Below, in pieces: positions 17,674-26,605 of a stretch of 52,435 bases of DNA (positions are counted from its first letter, which is position 1; each line of letters opens with the position of its first letter). The notes below the pieces were generated by a model. That model was not told the DNA's origin. It saw nothing but the letters and a program-made list of their open reading frames with translations, and did not search any database. The position numbers and the translations under genes are program-made. The DNA is taken from positions 1 to 52,435 of IMG/VR virus record IMGVR_UViG_3300049846_000543. One strand, 5' to 3'. This DNA comes from a virus (lineage: Duplodnaviria; Caudoviricetes).

Positions 17674-18125
17674 CTAGTGTTCTACAAGATTGGGTAATGG
17701 AGCTACCACTTCGTGAGCAGGGGACTATCTTAACTGGAATCAGAGGTTGTGATGTAGCTCAGAAAAACATAAACGATAAAATTACTATTCCTGTAGAAAG
17801 ACAACTCGTAGCATTTTTCAGATATTGTGTAATGAATCCTGCTGATACAAGAGAAGTAGATATTCCTAATTCGTTCTTTCAGAGCAAACCTCCTTACAAT
17901 TGGAGTCCATCTCAAATAGCTCACTATCCTGTTCACTGGTATTCACATCTTATGCACTGTTTTGAAGTAGTAGCTTATAGATGTCCGAAGAATACTCTTG
18001 CTCAAGAATGTTTTGAAATCTACGTTAAATTAGTAAAGGCTTTACACTTGTATCCAGAGACAGAAGAAGAAATGATTAAACGTTTATCCGAAGATCGTAT
18101 AAAGGCAGGTAATGTAGTATCATGA
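17670..18125 (+). CDS. conserved-looking phage hypothetical protein
   Basis: SVLQDWV..L..REQ..L..IRGCD...HWYSHLMH; ATGA overlap. Confidence 0.7.
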   Translation: MTSVLQDWVMELPLREQGTILTGIRGCDVAQKNINDKITIPVERQLVAFFRYCVMNPADTREVDIPNSFFQSKPPYNWSPSQIAHYPVHWYSHLMHCFEVVAYRCPKNTLAQECFEIYVKLVKALHLYPETEEEMIKRLSEDRIKAGNVVS

Positions 18126-18931
18126 CTAACAAGCAACTTTATCTGATATGGGAACATTGGAAAGAACAAGGCGGTATTCTCAAAAATCGTCCGAGCGCTT
18201 TACCACCAAAGATCCCCACACGATGGTTCTTACGTTATAAGTCTAGGCACATCAAAAAGCCAGTAGAGTACAACGGAGTGTTTTCGAGTTTTGGGGTTGT
18301 AATGAGAACTCCAGGAGGTAACATTGAGAATACAGATGAACAATCAAAATACATAGAATGGAGTGCTTTAAACATTGGTAGAGAAAATGGTGATATGAAT
18401 GCGTGGGCTAACCAAATTAGAAAGAATAATAATTCAACAATAGTATCTATTCCCTGGTTGCATTGTAGAGATGATATAGATATAGAACGTTTATTCAACT
18501 ACGCAGAATCATTAACGTTCAATCATAATAAACATTGTATCATAAATTTTGAAGCAGAGGCAATCTCCACGCTACCGCCTTCGCACATCCGACAAAGAAT
18601 TGATAATTACAAGAAAGTGAATTCGGGTGCAGAAGTAGCTACCTTTGTATTGCCTTGGGTACAAAATGGGCAAGGCTGGAAAGCTCTACGAGATATTCCT
18701 ACTTACATCGAAGTCTTCACGAACGAGATGCCACAATACACAGCAGCCGTTTGTGTAGATCATGCACGCAAAGAAGGTCTAAATCTAGTAGGATGTTTAT
18801 GGGGTGCATATCCCTTTTATGGCATTCACCCAGATCCGAAGATATATCCTCTAAATAGCTATGAACTCGGAGCGATCTATTGTGGCGATGATGTCCATAA
18901 TTGGGAAGACTGGAAAATCTCTAAAAGTTGA
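18122..18931 (+). CDS. hypothetical protein, possible glycoside-hydrolase-like barrel
   Basis: 269-aa Trp-rich ORF; IPW, INFEAE. Confidence 0.6.
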   Translation: MTNKQLYLIWEHWKEQGGILKNRPSALPPKIPTRWFLRYKSRHIKKPVEYNGVFSSFGVVMRTPGGNIENTDEQSKYIEWSALNIGRENGDMNAWANQIRKNNNSTIVSIPWLHCRDDIDIERLFNYAESLTFNHNKHCIINFEAEAISTLPPSHIRQRIDNYKKVNSGAEVATFVLPWVQNGQGWKALRDIPTYIEVFTNEMPQYTAAVCVDHARKEGLNLVGCLWGAYPFYGIHPDPKIYPLNSYELGAIYCGDDVHNWEDWKISKS

Positions 18932-19003
18932 CTCAGTGCGTCGTCGCGGTCGGTCGACCCCTCGGAAGCCCGTAGGGACTGTTTCTGTTACAGCGTACAC
19001 CAC

Positions 19004-19032
19004 TTGACAGGGGTATGGTGGTAGGATAACCT
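19004..19032 (+). promoter_or_regulatory. SigA-type promoter flanked by direct repeats
   Basis: TTGACA-17bp-TAACCT; GGACTnnTTCTGTTACA at 18976 and 19043. Confidence 0.7.
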
Positions 19033-19095
19033 ACGTCTGTAAGGACTAGTTCTGTTACATAACACAATCTGTCCTAAACGAGAATCCGAGGATCC

Positions 19096-19467
19096 ATGCA
19101 GGCTGAGTGCCAAAAGTGCAATAAGTCATTCGACACAATAAGGCCAACAGCTAAGTATTGCACAGATGCTTGTAGGATGGCAGCATACAGAGAACGCAAA
19201 GGAATAGTAACAAAGAAGGAGAAACAATATGAAACATGCCAACGTCCAGGATGTACAAATCCTATATCTCCCGAACGAAACGCACAATCAAAGTATTGCA
19301 GTTCTAAATGTAACAAAGCTGTTTACAACCATAATCATAAAGACGAAATAAGAAAGAAACGTCTAGATAAGGATCTAGAAGCAAGACTAGTAAGAGACAG
19401 AATTCGTAAAGAAAAGCAATCTCAAAAGATTGCAAATGACTTTCTTAAGGAGCTGATGGGTGAATGA
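19096..19467 (+). CDS. double zinc-finger DNA-binding protein
   Basis: CQKC..KYCTDACR and CQRPGC..KYCSSKC; GAGG RBS. Confidence 0.8.
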   Translation: MQAECQKCNKSFDTIRPTAKYCTDACRMAAYRERKGIVTKKEKQYETCQRPGCTNPISPERNAQSKYCSSKCNKAVYNHNHKDEIRKKRLDKDLEARLVRDRIRKEKQSQKIANDFLKELMGE

Positions 19468-19637
19468 CTAAGCAGGCAAGAAATCGTAAGTTTGAGGCAG
19501 CATGTAGTTATCTAACTCAGGTACTTAATGAGATAGAAAAGATAGACCAAAAGCTAGCAGTATCATTTGTACGTGATATCGAGAGTTTGCAAGATACATA
19601 CCGTGTTGCGGTTAAGTTGGAGAAGATAAATGTTTAG
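19464..19637 (+). CDS. hypothetical protein (57 aa, not in ORF track)
   Basis: ATGA overlap; MTKQARNRKFEAAC... Confidence 0.55.
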   Translation: MTKQARNRKFEAACSYLTQVLNEIEKIDQKLAVSFVRDIESLQDTYRVAVKLEKINV

Positions 19638-19851
19638 AATTGTAGTATGGAGAGATGGACAGTATGAAACTACTTTAAATCTAATAGATGGTGATAGTGC
19701 TATCTTTGAAGCTCCACAAGGGTTTACTGCTATAGGAAAACATGCAGTATTAAAATGGAAACTCAAAAAAGAAAGAGAAGCTAATAAAGTATTAAGAGAA
19801 AAGTTGGATCAAGTTAGAACTCAATTAGACGAACTCAGTTTGGAGATTTAA
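19630..19851 (+). CDS. hypothetical protein
   Basis: GGAG RBS, operon. Confidence 0.6.
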   Translation: MFRIVVWRDGQYETTLNLIDGDSAIFEAPQGFTAIGKHAVLKWKLKKEREANKVLREKLDQVRTQLDELSLEI

Positions 19852-19862
19852 AGGAGTAACGT

Positions 19863-20177
19863 ATGAAAATAATCGCAAGACCGAGACAGACAGGTCGCAC
19901 TGATGAGTTAATAAGACTTTCTGAAGCAGCAGATAATGCAGGGGAAGTTTCTTATATCGTCTGTCATTCACGAGCTGAGGCTTATCGAATCGCACAACGA
20001 GCTAATGAAATTGGTTGCAAAATCCGATTCCCTATCTCGTACGATGAATTACCAATAAGTAATAGCAGTTTCTGCACTTACCTCTGCATAGACAATGTTG
20101 AAATACTAATTGAGAAGATTACGAGACGAACTATTGGAGCAATGGTTATTACTACGGAAGAAGAAAATGAAAATTAA
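19863..20177 (+). CDS. minimal degenerate P-loop protein
   Basis: IIARPRQTGRT and YLCIDNVE resemble Walker A and B. Confidence 0.6.
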   Translation: MKIIARPRQTGRTDELIRLSEAADNAGEVSYIVCHSRAEAYRIAQRANEIGCKIRFPISYDELPISNSSFCTYLCIDNVEILIEKITRRTIGAMVITTEEENEN

Positions 20178-20361
20178 CATAACACTAAATCAACCAATGG
20201 TTGAAATAGAGGAAGGTAATGTTACTGTTGTCGGTCCGGATGGTTATCGCGCTCTTACGCAAGGTGATTCGTTCGTTCTCGGGGAACGCTCAACTTTGAC
20301 GATCGCGATTCCAAGGTGGAAGTTACTATTCAAACGCGACATTAACATCGAGATACAATAA
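20167..20361 (+). CDS. hypothetical protein
   Basis: ATG overlapping the previous gene end (start shortened). Confidence 0.55.
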   Translation: MKINITLNQPMVEIEEGNVTVVGPDGYRALTQGDSFVLGERSTLTIAIPRWKLLFKRDINIEIQ

Positions 20362-20570
20362 TGGATGAAGTTAGATATTCATATTCTAAACCTTATTATC
20401 CAACAATTCTAGATTGTTGTCGTACCGTAATTAGTTATAGAGCTATTTCACCAACCGAACTAATGATTTGGGAATGTAAACCAATGAAAATAAAGGCTGA
20501 AGTAAGAGGTGGAAAATGGGAATTTGGCATCTTAAGAGATGGTGTTCTCATAGATAGATTACTGCCATGA
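20361..20570 (+). CDS. hypothetical protein
   Basis: TAATG and ATGA coupling on both sides. Confidence 0.55.
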   Translation: MDEVRYSYSKPYYPTILDCCRTVISYRAISPTELMIWECKPMKIKAEVRGGKWEFGILRDGVLIDRLLP

Positions 20571-21007
20571 AAATCCTCGCATTCGATCCAGGAATAACTA
20601 CAGGTTATGCTGTGGGGTACTTGGATGTGAAAGCGTGTTTGATGACAGTTAGTGCAGATCAAAATAAGTTTAGTCATGAAGAATTACACAACACTCTAAT
20701 AGCTACCAATCCTGATATCATCATCTGTGAAACTTTTGAGTATCGTAATAGATCAAGAGCTGGATTAGTGTTATATTCTGTAGAGATGATAGGTATAATT
20801 AAGTTACATTGTGAGTGGGCTGATATAGATCTAATAGAGCAAACTCCAGCTCAAGCAATGGGATATTTTACAGATAAGAAGCTGAAAGAATTTGAAGTGT
20901 ATCAACCAGGTAAACCACATGCTATGGATGCTTTACGTCATCTGCTACAATGGTATCAATTCGGTGCAGGCTATCAATACAATAAATTAGGTTTCAGATC
21001 AATCTAA
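20567..21007 (+). CDS. RuvC-like Holliday junction resolvase
   Basis: ILAFDPGITTGYA, IICETF, HAMDALRH. Confidence 0.88.
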   Translation: MKILAFDPGITTGYAVGYLDVKACLMTVSADQNKFSHEELHNTLIATNPDIIICETFEYRNRSRAGLVLYSVEMIGIIKLHCEWADIDLIEQTPAQAMGYFTDKKLKEFEVYQPGKPHAMDALRHLLQWYQFGAGYQYNKLGFRSI

Positions 21008-21517
21008 ATGTTCACTGTAAATGAAAAAACCTGGATTATCTCTGATACCCATTTAGGCCATGATAACATCGTGCGTTATTGCAATCGTCCAAGAAATCAC
21101 AACAAGCTCATAATAGCTAATTGGAAGAAATCTATAAAGAAAACAGATACAGTATTACATCTTGGTGATGTTACTGTATGGTATGGTTCTCAATTCTTTT
21201 GGGCTAAACTAGTCAGTAAGTTACCAGGAGAGAAATTCCTTATAAAAGGAAATCATGACGAACAGTGGACAGATGAACAATGGTTCTCTAAGTGTGGAAT
21301 GACTGTAATTCCACCTTTCTTACAAAACAAGATTTACTTCTCACATGAACCAGTAGTTGAAGGAGATTGGCAAATCAATGTTCATGGTCATACTCACAAT
21401 CATACACCATTTAAATACTATTGGAGATTCGGTTCTGAATACTACAATGCCTCCATAGAGGGTATGGATTACAAGCCTGTACGAATGCGTCAAATTCTGA
21501 AAGACATAACTAACTAG
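21008..21517 (+). CDS. calcineurin-like metallophosphoesterase
   Basis: SDTHLGH, HLGD, GNHD, SHEP, HGHTH. Confidence 0.93.
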   Translation: MFTVNEKTWIISDTHLGHDNIVRYCNRPRNHNKLIIANWKKSIKKTDTVLHLGDVTVWYGSQFFWAKLVSKLPGEKFLIKGNHDEQWTDEQWFSKCGMTVIPPFLQNKIYFSHEPVVEGDWQINVHGHTHNHTPFKYYWRFGSEYYNASIEGMDYKPVRMRQILKDITN

Positions 21518-21598
21518 CCCGTGTGGCGGAATTGGCATACGCAGCAGACTTAAAATCTGCCGGTGAAAACCTTGAGGGTTCGAGTCCCTCCGCGGGCA
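21517..21598 (+). tRNA. trnL: tRNA-Leu (anticodon TAA)
   Basis: GCCCGTG/CGCGGGC acceptor, GCAGA-CTTAAAA-TCTGC, long variable arm, TTCGAGT. Confidence 0.93.
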
Positions 21599-21599
21599 T

Positions 21600-21845
21600 A
21601 TGATAGATAAATGCAAAGATGTAAAATGGAGTACAACCGAGTTTTCTCAGAAAGTTCGGCCTGTGCTAAGAACAGGATCTCTCGTTTGGGATCCTAAGAT
21701 GGGAGAAGGACACGTTTTAGTAGCACAGGAAAAAGTCGTTTATTGGGTAGAGCCCGATATTATTTGGCTTTGTGAATGCGGACATTGGGACTGGCAAGAT
21801 CATCACACCTATTTTGATTCGAAGGACAGTAACAGATATGGTTAA
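21600..21845 (+). CDS. hypothetical protein
   Basis: ORF directly after the tRNA. Confidence 0.5.
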   Translation: MIDKCKDVKWSTTEFSQKVRPVLRTGSLVWDPKMGEGHVLVAQEKVVYWVEPDIIWLCECGHWDWQDHHTYFDSKDSNRYG

Positions 21846-21927
21846 ATACGCAATATTTATAGGACTACTTATAGCAGTCTGGATACCAATAGTATTCCTA
21901 CTGGTAGTCTTCGCAAAAATAGCATAA
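21838..21927 (+). CDS. 29-aa single-TM micro-protein
   Basis: MVKYAIFIGLLIAVWIPIVFLLVVFAKIA; overlaps the upstream stop. Confidence 0.45.
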   Translation: MVKYAIFIGLLIAVWIPIVFLLVVFAKIA

Positions 21928-22002
21928 AAAGAGGGCCAGTCCCAGGAGTAAAGACTGGCCCTCGTACCATTCAGCACGGCCCTTATGCTGAATGGATCTT
22001 TT
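21926..22002. terminator. twin terminators at the convergence of the two arms
   Basis: AAAAA-GAGGGCCAGTC/GACTGGCCCTC (minus) and CCATTCAGCA/TGCTGAATGG-ATCTTTT (plus). Confidence 0.8.
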
Positions 22003-22012
22003 AATGCTAAAC

Positions 22013-22207
22013 TTAGCTAGGCTTAACTCCTGACTTTGCAATACCCCTAGCTACTGCATAACCGAATGTTACGCCTCCCATTATCCAAGTGGAATATTTG
22101 TTTGGAACAAAGTCCCAAATCCCCACAAGGTTGAGGAACTGCATAACCTGAACATAGATCATCACCCAAAACTCAGTGGTGTGCTGACCAGGCTTAGTTT
22201 CCATCAT
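22013..22207 (-). CDS. holin-like membrane protein
   Basis: KPG..TTEFW...YAVARGIAK, two hydrophobic helices, follows the endolysin. Confidence 0.75.
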   Translation of the reverse strand: MMETKPGQHTTEFWVMIYVQVMQFLNLVGIWDFVPNKYSTWIMGGVTFGYAVARGIAKSGVKPS

Positions 22208-22212
22208 TCCTC

Positions 22213-22986
22213 CTAGAGCGAATAGTGAATATAACTATTGATGTCTTTACGATAGTCGTATGGTAAATACTTCATTGGATACGAACCCATCGAAAGAACA
22301 TCACCATCTCCTACATACAGGGCCACGTGTGTAGGAGAACCTGTTGGAAACCCGGCTTTGTGACCGGATGCAAAACCGTAGAAAATCATATCTCCAGGTT
22401 CCAAGTCACGGAAGTTTACACGTACTCCATGACTAATGAGAGTACCAGTGTATCCTAATCCGTCATAATTTCTTCCGTTGGGATCTTTCGCACCACCAGC
22501 ATAATGACAGTTGGTAACGAAAGCACTACAATCCCAACGTGTAGGAATCTGTTGAGGTTTACATAGCTGGAATGGTCTATATTGATCGTATGCTATTTTA
22601 CTACGATTCCCATACCAGTAGAAAGCAGCTTTAATTACTTTGTCTCGCACTGTGAGTGCGGGATGATCTTTGCAGTAATTAGCTGCTAACCATATAGCGT
22701 AATCATCGAATGCCCACTCATCAGTAGTGGGCTTTTTGCGCTGCTCTAAAGCCTCATGGGTCGCTTTATCAATCTCCCCTGTTGTGGGGAGTTTCATAAT
22801 TAACTGTGCACCTTTAATAGCAGCTACAAAACGATCACCATAGAAGGAACTAAAGCCTCTTATAGGTTGATCATATATAGAAGGAAAAGCACGACTTACT
22901 GCACGTTTGTGTGCAATGATGTCTTGCCCTCTCATTCCCTTCTTGAGAGTGCCTCTACAAAATTGTACGTTAGGTGCTTTACTCAT
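22213..22986 (-). CDS. endolysin: peptidoglycan-binding domain plus NlpC/P60 peptidase
   Basis: LKKGMRGQDI..Q..L..TGEID; DCSAFV, GYTGTL, PGD, HVALYVG. Confidence 0.92.
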   Translation of the reverse strand: MSKAPNVQFCRGTLKKGMRGQDIIAHKRAVSRAFPSIYDQPIRGFSSFYGDRFVAAIKGAQLIMKLPTTGEIDKATHEALEQRKKPTTDEWAFDDYAIWLAANYCKDHPALTVRDKVIKAAFYWYGNRSKIAYDQYRPFQLCKPQQIPTRWDCSAFVTNCHYAGGAKDPNGRNYDGLGYTGTLISHGVRVNFRDLEPGDMIFYGFASGHKAGFPTGSPTHVALYVGDGDVLSMGSYPMKYLPYDYRKDINSYIHYSL

Positions 22987-23077
22987 CTTCGTGATCCGAT
23001 GGTACTACTGACTCGTCTTCATCTTCGTCGTCATCTTCATAATCATCATGAACGGGCTCGTCTTCGTCGTGTTCCAT
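22979..23077 (-). CDS. 32-aa hyperacidic micro-protein (not in ORF track)
   Basis: MEHDEDEPVHDDYEDDDEDEDESVVPSDHEDE; AAGGGG RBS; overlaps the endolysin ATG. Confidence 0.65.
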   Translation of the reverse strand: MEHDEDEPVHDDYEDDDEDEDESVVPSDHEDE

Positions 23078-23078
23078 T

Positions 23079-23453
23079 TTAACCCCTTAATGTACTTTCT
23101 ACGATTTTCTCTAGTTTTCGTCTTGAAATTAATTCATTTAATACTAAGAAACATATTACAATTTCTGCTACCATAAATGATATAACAAATAGTATATGAT
23201 GCCAGTGTAAATCTCTTGATTCAGCATTAACTACAGTTAAAGCTAAAGCTACAAAACATAACTGAACAGTTATAAAACCAAAAGATTTGATAATTGAAGC
23301 AGCAGAAATGACGTGTAAAGCTTGATTATTAAGAGATAAAACAGCTTTGTAATTTTTCCAAGAACTAATTAATTCAAAGATAGATAGAAAGAATGTAACT
23401 AGTACTATACCTAAAAACACAATTACTAACTTAGTAGTCATATCGGCTATCAC
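23079..23453 (-). CDS. 3-TM membrane protein (lysis cassette)
   Basis: three hydrophobic segments. Confidence 0.7.
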   Translation of the reverse strand: MIADMTTKLVIVFLGIVLVTFFLSIFELISSWKNYKAVLSLNNQALHVISAASIIKSFGFITVQLCFVALALTVVNAESRDLHWHHILFVISFMVAEIVICFLVLNELISRRKLEKIVESTLRG

Positions 23454-23599
23454 GTCTGTGCTCTTTTCTGGATAGCCACAGTAGTCTCAATAGATTTTAA
23501 TTCAGCTTCAACCATTAACTGACGTTTCTTTAGATCAGTCTGATCAGATGATCTTTCTTGTTTCTTATCCTTTTTTGTAAATGGTATTTTAAGAGCCAT
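23450..23599 (-). CDS. small coiled-coil protein
   Basis: start shortened to MALKIPF; overlaps its neighbours. Confidence 0.5.
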   Translation of the reverse strand: MALKIPFTKKDKKQERSSDQTDLKKRQLMVEAELKSIETTVAIQKRAQT

Positions 23600-23819
23600 T
23601 AGTGGTGCCCTCCACAACTTCTCTGGCAATCTTGACTGAACGTTCAGCAAGATGTGTTCCTCCCATTGCTAGACTTTTCCATTCATCTCTGTCTCTTACA
23701 ACCTCCTTGTAGTGCCAACCAAATACCCACCATCTACGAAAACCTCCAATAAGAGCAAAGATCAGTAATCCTGTGATTCCTCCTGCTCTTATTAGCTCGA
23801 GAATCTCTTGTGGATTCAT
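23589..23819 (-). CDS. 1-TM membrane protein (holin-like)
   Basis: GGITGLLIFALIGG..WWVFGW...RDEWK. Confidence 0.7.
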   Translation of the reverse strand: MNPQEILELIRAGGITGLLIFALIGGFRRWWVFGWHYKEVVRDRDEWKSLAMGGTHLAERSVKIAREVVEGTTNGS

Positions 23820-26605
23820 CTCAAAGGAACCACCTCATTGAAGATTAAAGGTCCTTCACTTAGAGCTGTATATTTTCTTATTCTAGGAACCCATTCTTCT
23901 CCAAAATTTACATTAAAACCATCTATACATAAATATAGATTATTCTCAAAACCTCTTAGAAATGGAGTGAAATCACTACCTATAATAGCACCATCATTAG
24001 GTGCATATACCCAGGGCTGTTCTGGATTGCCTGGTTTATATTGAGTTATAGTATAATCACCGTTAACGTTAAACGTCATCAGTGAAACAAATTCTTTACC
24101 ATTCTTAGTTTTGACATACATAGGAGTCCAGGAATCCCAATCTTCTATTTGGCAAGGATCTCCTTGATACGGTTCCCAACCATCTCCAGTAGCATTGAGT
24201 TTAGCAACAATAATAGGATTATGCACATAAGTAGTAGGATTTTCCCAGACTTGAATTAATGCAATTGGTCTTTGTCCATCATTTCCAAGCCAACAACCCT
24301 GCGCTGTTGCATAAACATTTGTACTTCCTATAGTTGTTGTATTTTTATAAGGAAAATCTATTCCAGCGTTATTCCAGTCTATTGCATGCCATACTAAAGG
24401 AGTAGACCAACCGCTTCCATTATATTCTGAATAATAAAAGATTACTTCATCTGAAGTATGTGGAGGTACATCATGTGTCGCAACAGTGAACAAACTTGGA
24501 TGATCTGATAAACCATCATGGTGACAAAAAGTTAAACCAATATTAAAATTGCCTGGTTCAATAAAGGAAATAGACCAATAATCTGAATTCCAAGAACCTG
24601 ATGCCGGATTTGGTGGATTAATATTAACCCAAGAAGATCCGTTCCATTTCATAACAAATAATCTATCTTGACCACCGCTAGTGAAATAAGGCCAAGCAGC
24701 AATATAAGGCATACTAGCATCGCTTGAAGCATCGTGCCTACTCACTACAAAGGTAAATTCAGAGAATTTTGCCTGTTGATAATTAGGATCAAATTCTATT
24801 CCAGAGCTACTTCCTACAAAACTAGTGGTTCCAGCAGACACGTCATATTTTTTTACTCTTATTTTATGAGGGCCATTTCCTGTGTCTGTTCCAGCTTGCT
24901 CTGATTCTGCCCAAGCTATCCAAACGTCTATTCCATCTGTCGCCAAATGGCAAGGTGAAATCTTTGCACTACCCGCCGTATAAAATGTATAGACATGATC
25001 AGATAAAGGTCCTGCAACTTTTGTCCACGTAGTTCCTCCCACTAACTCCCAAAGAATAGGACCATAGTTGCATCTTGCGTTTGTGGATTCTTCAACTGTA
25101 GAAGCAAAAATTCTGCCATCATCTAGCACAACTATATCAGGAGTTGTAGAAGCTCTTTGTAGTACAACACCTGTTTTTGGAATACTTCCATCAACCTCAT
25201 TACCTAACCAACCATCATCTATTAATTCATAAGAGGTTCGAGAGGTTGTAGTACTTGTATTTATTTGAACAAAGTCTACATAATCTATGAAAAAGGTAGC
25301 ACTACTTGTTGGAATACAATAAAATGTTAAATCTTCACCATTAACTATTAATTTAGGTAGCACTCTAAATCTAATAGATTGAAAATCGCCTGAACCCCAG
25401 CTACTATCAATTCCATCTCTATATGTTAAAGGTACTTCTCTATAACTTGTATTTATTTTTCCATAGTCACAATATATTTTTCCAGGAAAAACATCTCCAC
25501 GTTTTATATTAATAAATCTTAAAAATCCACCACTTATTTTAGCTCTTATAACTAATTGATATTCTCCATTAGGAGGTAGGGCTGCCCCTCTAACATAAAA
25601 TGTTTCTGTTTCATCAGTAGGATTAGTTGCTTGTTGGAATTTTAAATCTTGAGTTGTTTGTACAATTCCAGATACGACAGAGACATCTGCATGAGGCTCG
25701 TTTGCATCATCAGCAGCTTGTACTCTATAATTTCTTCCCCAAGTATAATCGAAAGTTCCTATATTGGGAGCATCAGGTATTGGAGTTGAATCTCCTATAA
25801 TTCTAACCCAAGCAGTATAACCAGGAGGTATTAAAATTGTATAAACTCCACTACCTAAATTTGGAGCTTGATGATTAGTACCTAAAAATCCTACGCCGCC
25901 ACCCACTACATATATAAGTGGTTCATTTATATTAGTATAGACTTCAGCACCAGCATTTATATTTTCCCAATAATGACTTTTAACAATCAATCTTCTATTA
26001 AATGAATCTTCATTTTTGAAATAATACCAAGCTGTACCATCATCCGAATTTGTTAAATTTTCTTCTCCACCATCAAATGTCTCAATTGTGTAATCTCTAA
26101 CATCAACACTAATAGTTCCTTCAGCAGCAGTTAGTCTAGTTGCGCCAAAGAATGAATCATTGTTTGAAGGCGATAATTCTGTGAGTGACCAATCAAAAGA
26201 AAAGTTACCTGAAGAACCATCTCCACCCCAAGAATGAACTGTTAAGTAAAAAGTAATTTCAGGGGCAACTCTAAATGTTTTTGCGGGAGGATCATTAGTT
26301 CCATCACCTGCAAAATAAGATAAACTTCTATCCAAAAAATTGAAAGGAGGTTCACCTGATATTGCATAATAAGTATGAACGGTTACATTAAAATCACCTG
26401 ATATATCAATATCGAAATCTACTGCTTGTGCACCAGTAGTAAATTTATACCAAACAGTAGGTTCATCTAAACCATACCACCATTGTTCATCTCCTGTAGA
26501 ACCATTACCTTCCGAAGTAGCTCCAATTGTGGTTCCTGTTACAGTTCCAGAAGAACCTACTGTTAAAGTTACAGCATTAGCAATATTATCATTAGAAGGA
26601 GGCAT
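23816..26605 (-). CDS. large tail-tip/receptor-binding protein (beta-sandwich repeats plus propeller-like C-terminus)
   Basis: 929 aa, PSNDNIANA...TVWYKFT repeated twice, WNGSSW-type motifs; end of tail module. Confidence 0.75.
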   Translation of the reverse strand: MPPSNDNIANAVTLTVGSSGTVTGTTIGATSEGNGSTGDEQWWYGLDEPTVWYKFTTGAQAVDFDIDISGDFNVTVHTYYAISGEPPFNFLDRSLSYFAGDGTNDPPAKTFRVAPEITFYLTVHSWGGDGSSGNFSFDWSLTELSPSNNDSFFGATRLTAAEGTISVDVRDYTIETFDGGEENLTNSDDGTAWYYFKNEDSFNRRLIVKSHYWENINAGAEVYTNINEPLIYVVGGGVGFLGTNHQAPNLGSGVYTILIPPGYTAWVRIIGDSTPIPDAPNIGTFDYTWGRNYRVQAADDANEPHADVSVVSGIVQTTQDLKFQQATNPTDETETFYVRGAALPPNGEYQLVIRAKISGGFLRFINIKRGDVFPGKIYCDYGKINTSYREVPLTYRDGIDSSWGSGDFQSIRFRVLPKLIVNGEDLTFYCIPTSSATFFIDYVDFVQINTSTTTSRTSYELIDDGWLGNEVDGSIPKTGVVLQRASTTPDIVVLDDGRIFASTVEESTNARCNYGPILWELVGGTTWTKVAGPLSDHVYTFYTAGSAKISPCHLATDGIDVWIAWAESEQAGTDTGNGPHKIRVKKYDVSAGTTSFVGSSSGIEFDPNYQQAKFSEFTFVVSRHDASSDASMPYIAAWPYFTSGGQDRLFVMKWNGSSWVNINPPNPASGSWNSDYWSISFIEPGNFNIGLTFCHHDGLSDHPSLFTVATHDVPPHTSDEVIFYYSEYNGSGWSTPLVWHAIDWNNAGIDFPYKNTTTIGSTNVYATAQGCWLGNDGQRPIALIQVWENPTTYVHNPIIVAKLNATGDGWEPYQGDPCQIEDWDSWTPMYVKTKNGKEFVSLMTFNVNGDYTITQYKPGNPEQPWVYAPNDGAIIGSDFTPFLRGFENNLYLCIDGFNVNFGEEWVPRIRKYTALSEGPLIFNEVVPLR

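Noticed and set aside
21341-21616. Minus-strand 91-aa ORF (also 3892-4119)
   Set aside because: Antisense translations of tRNA genes and adjacent real genes
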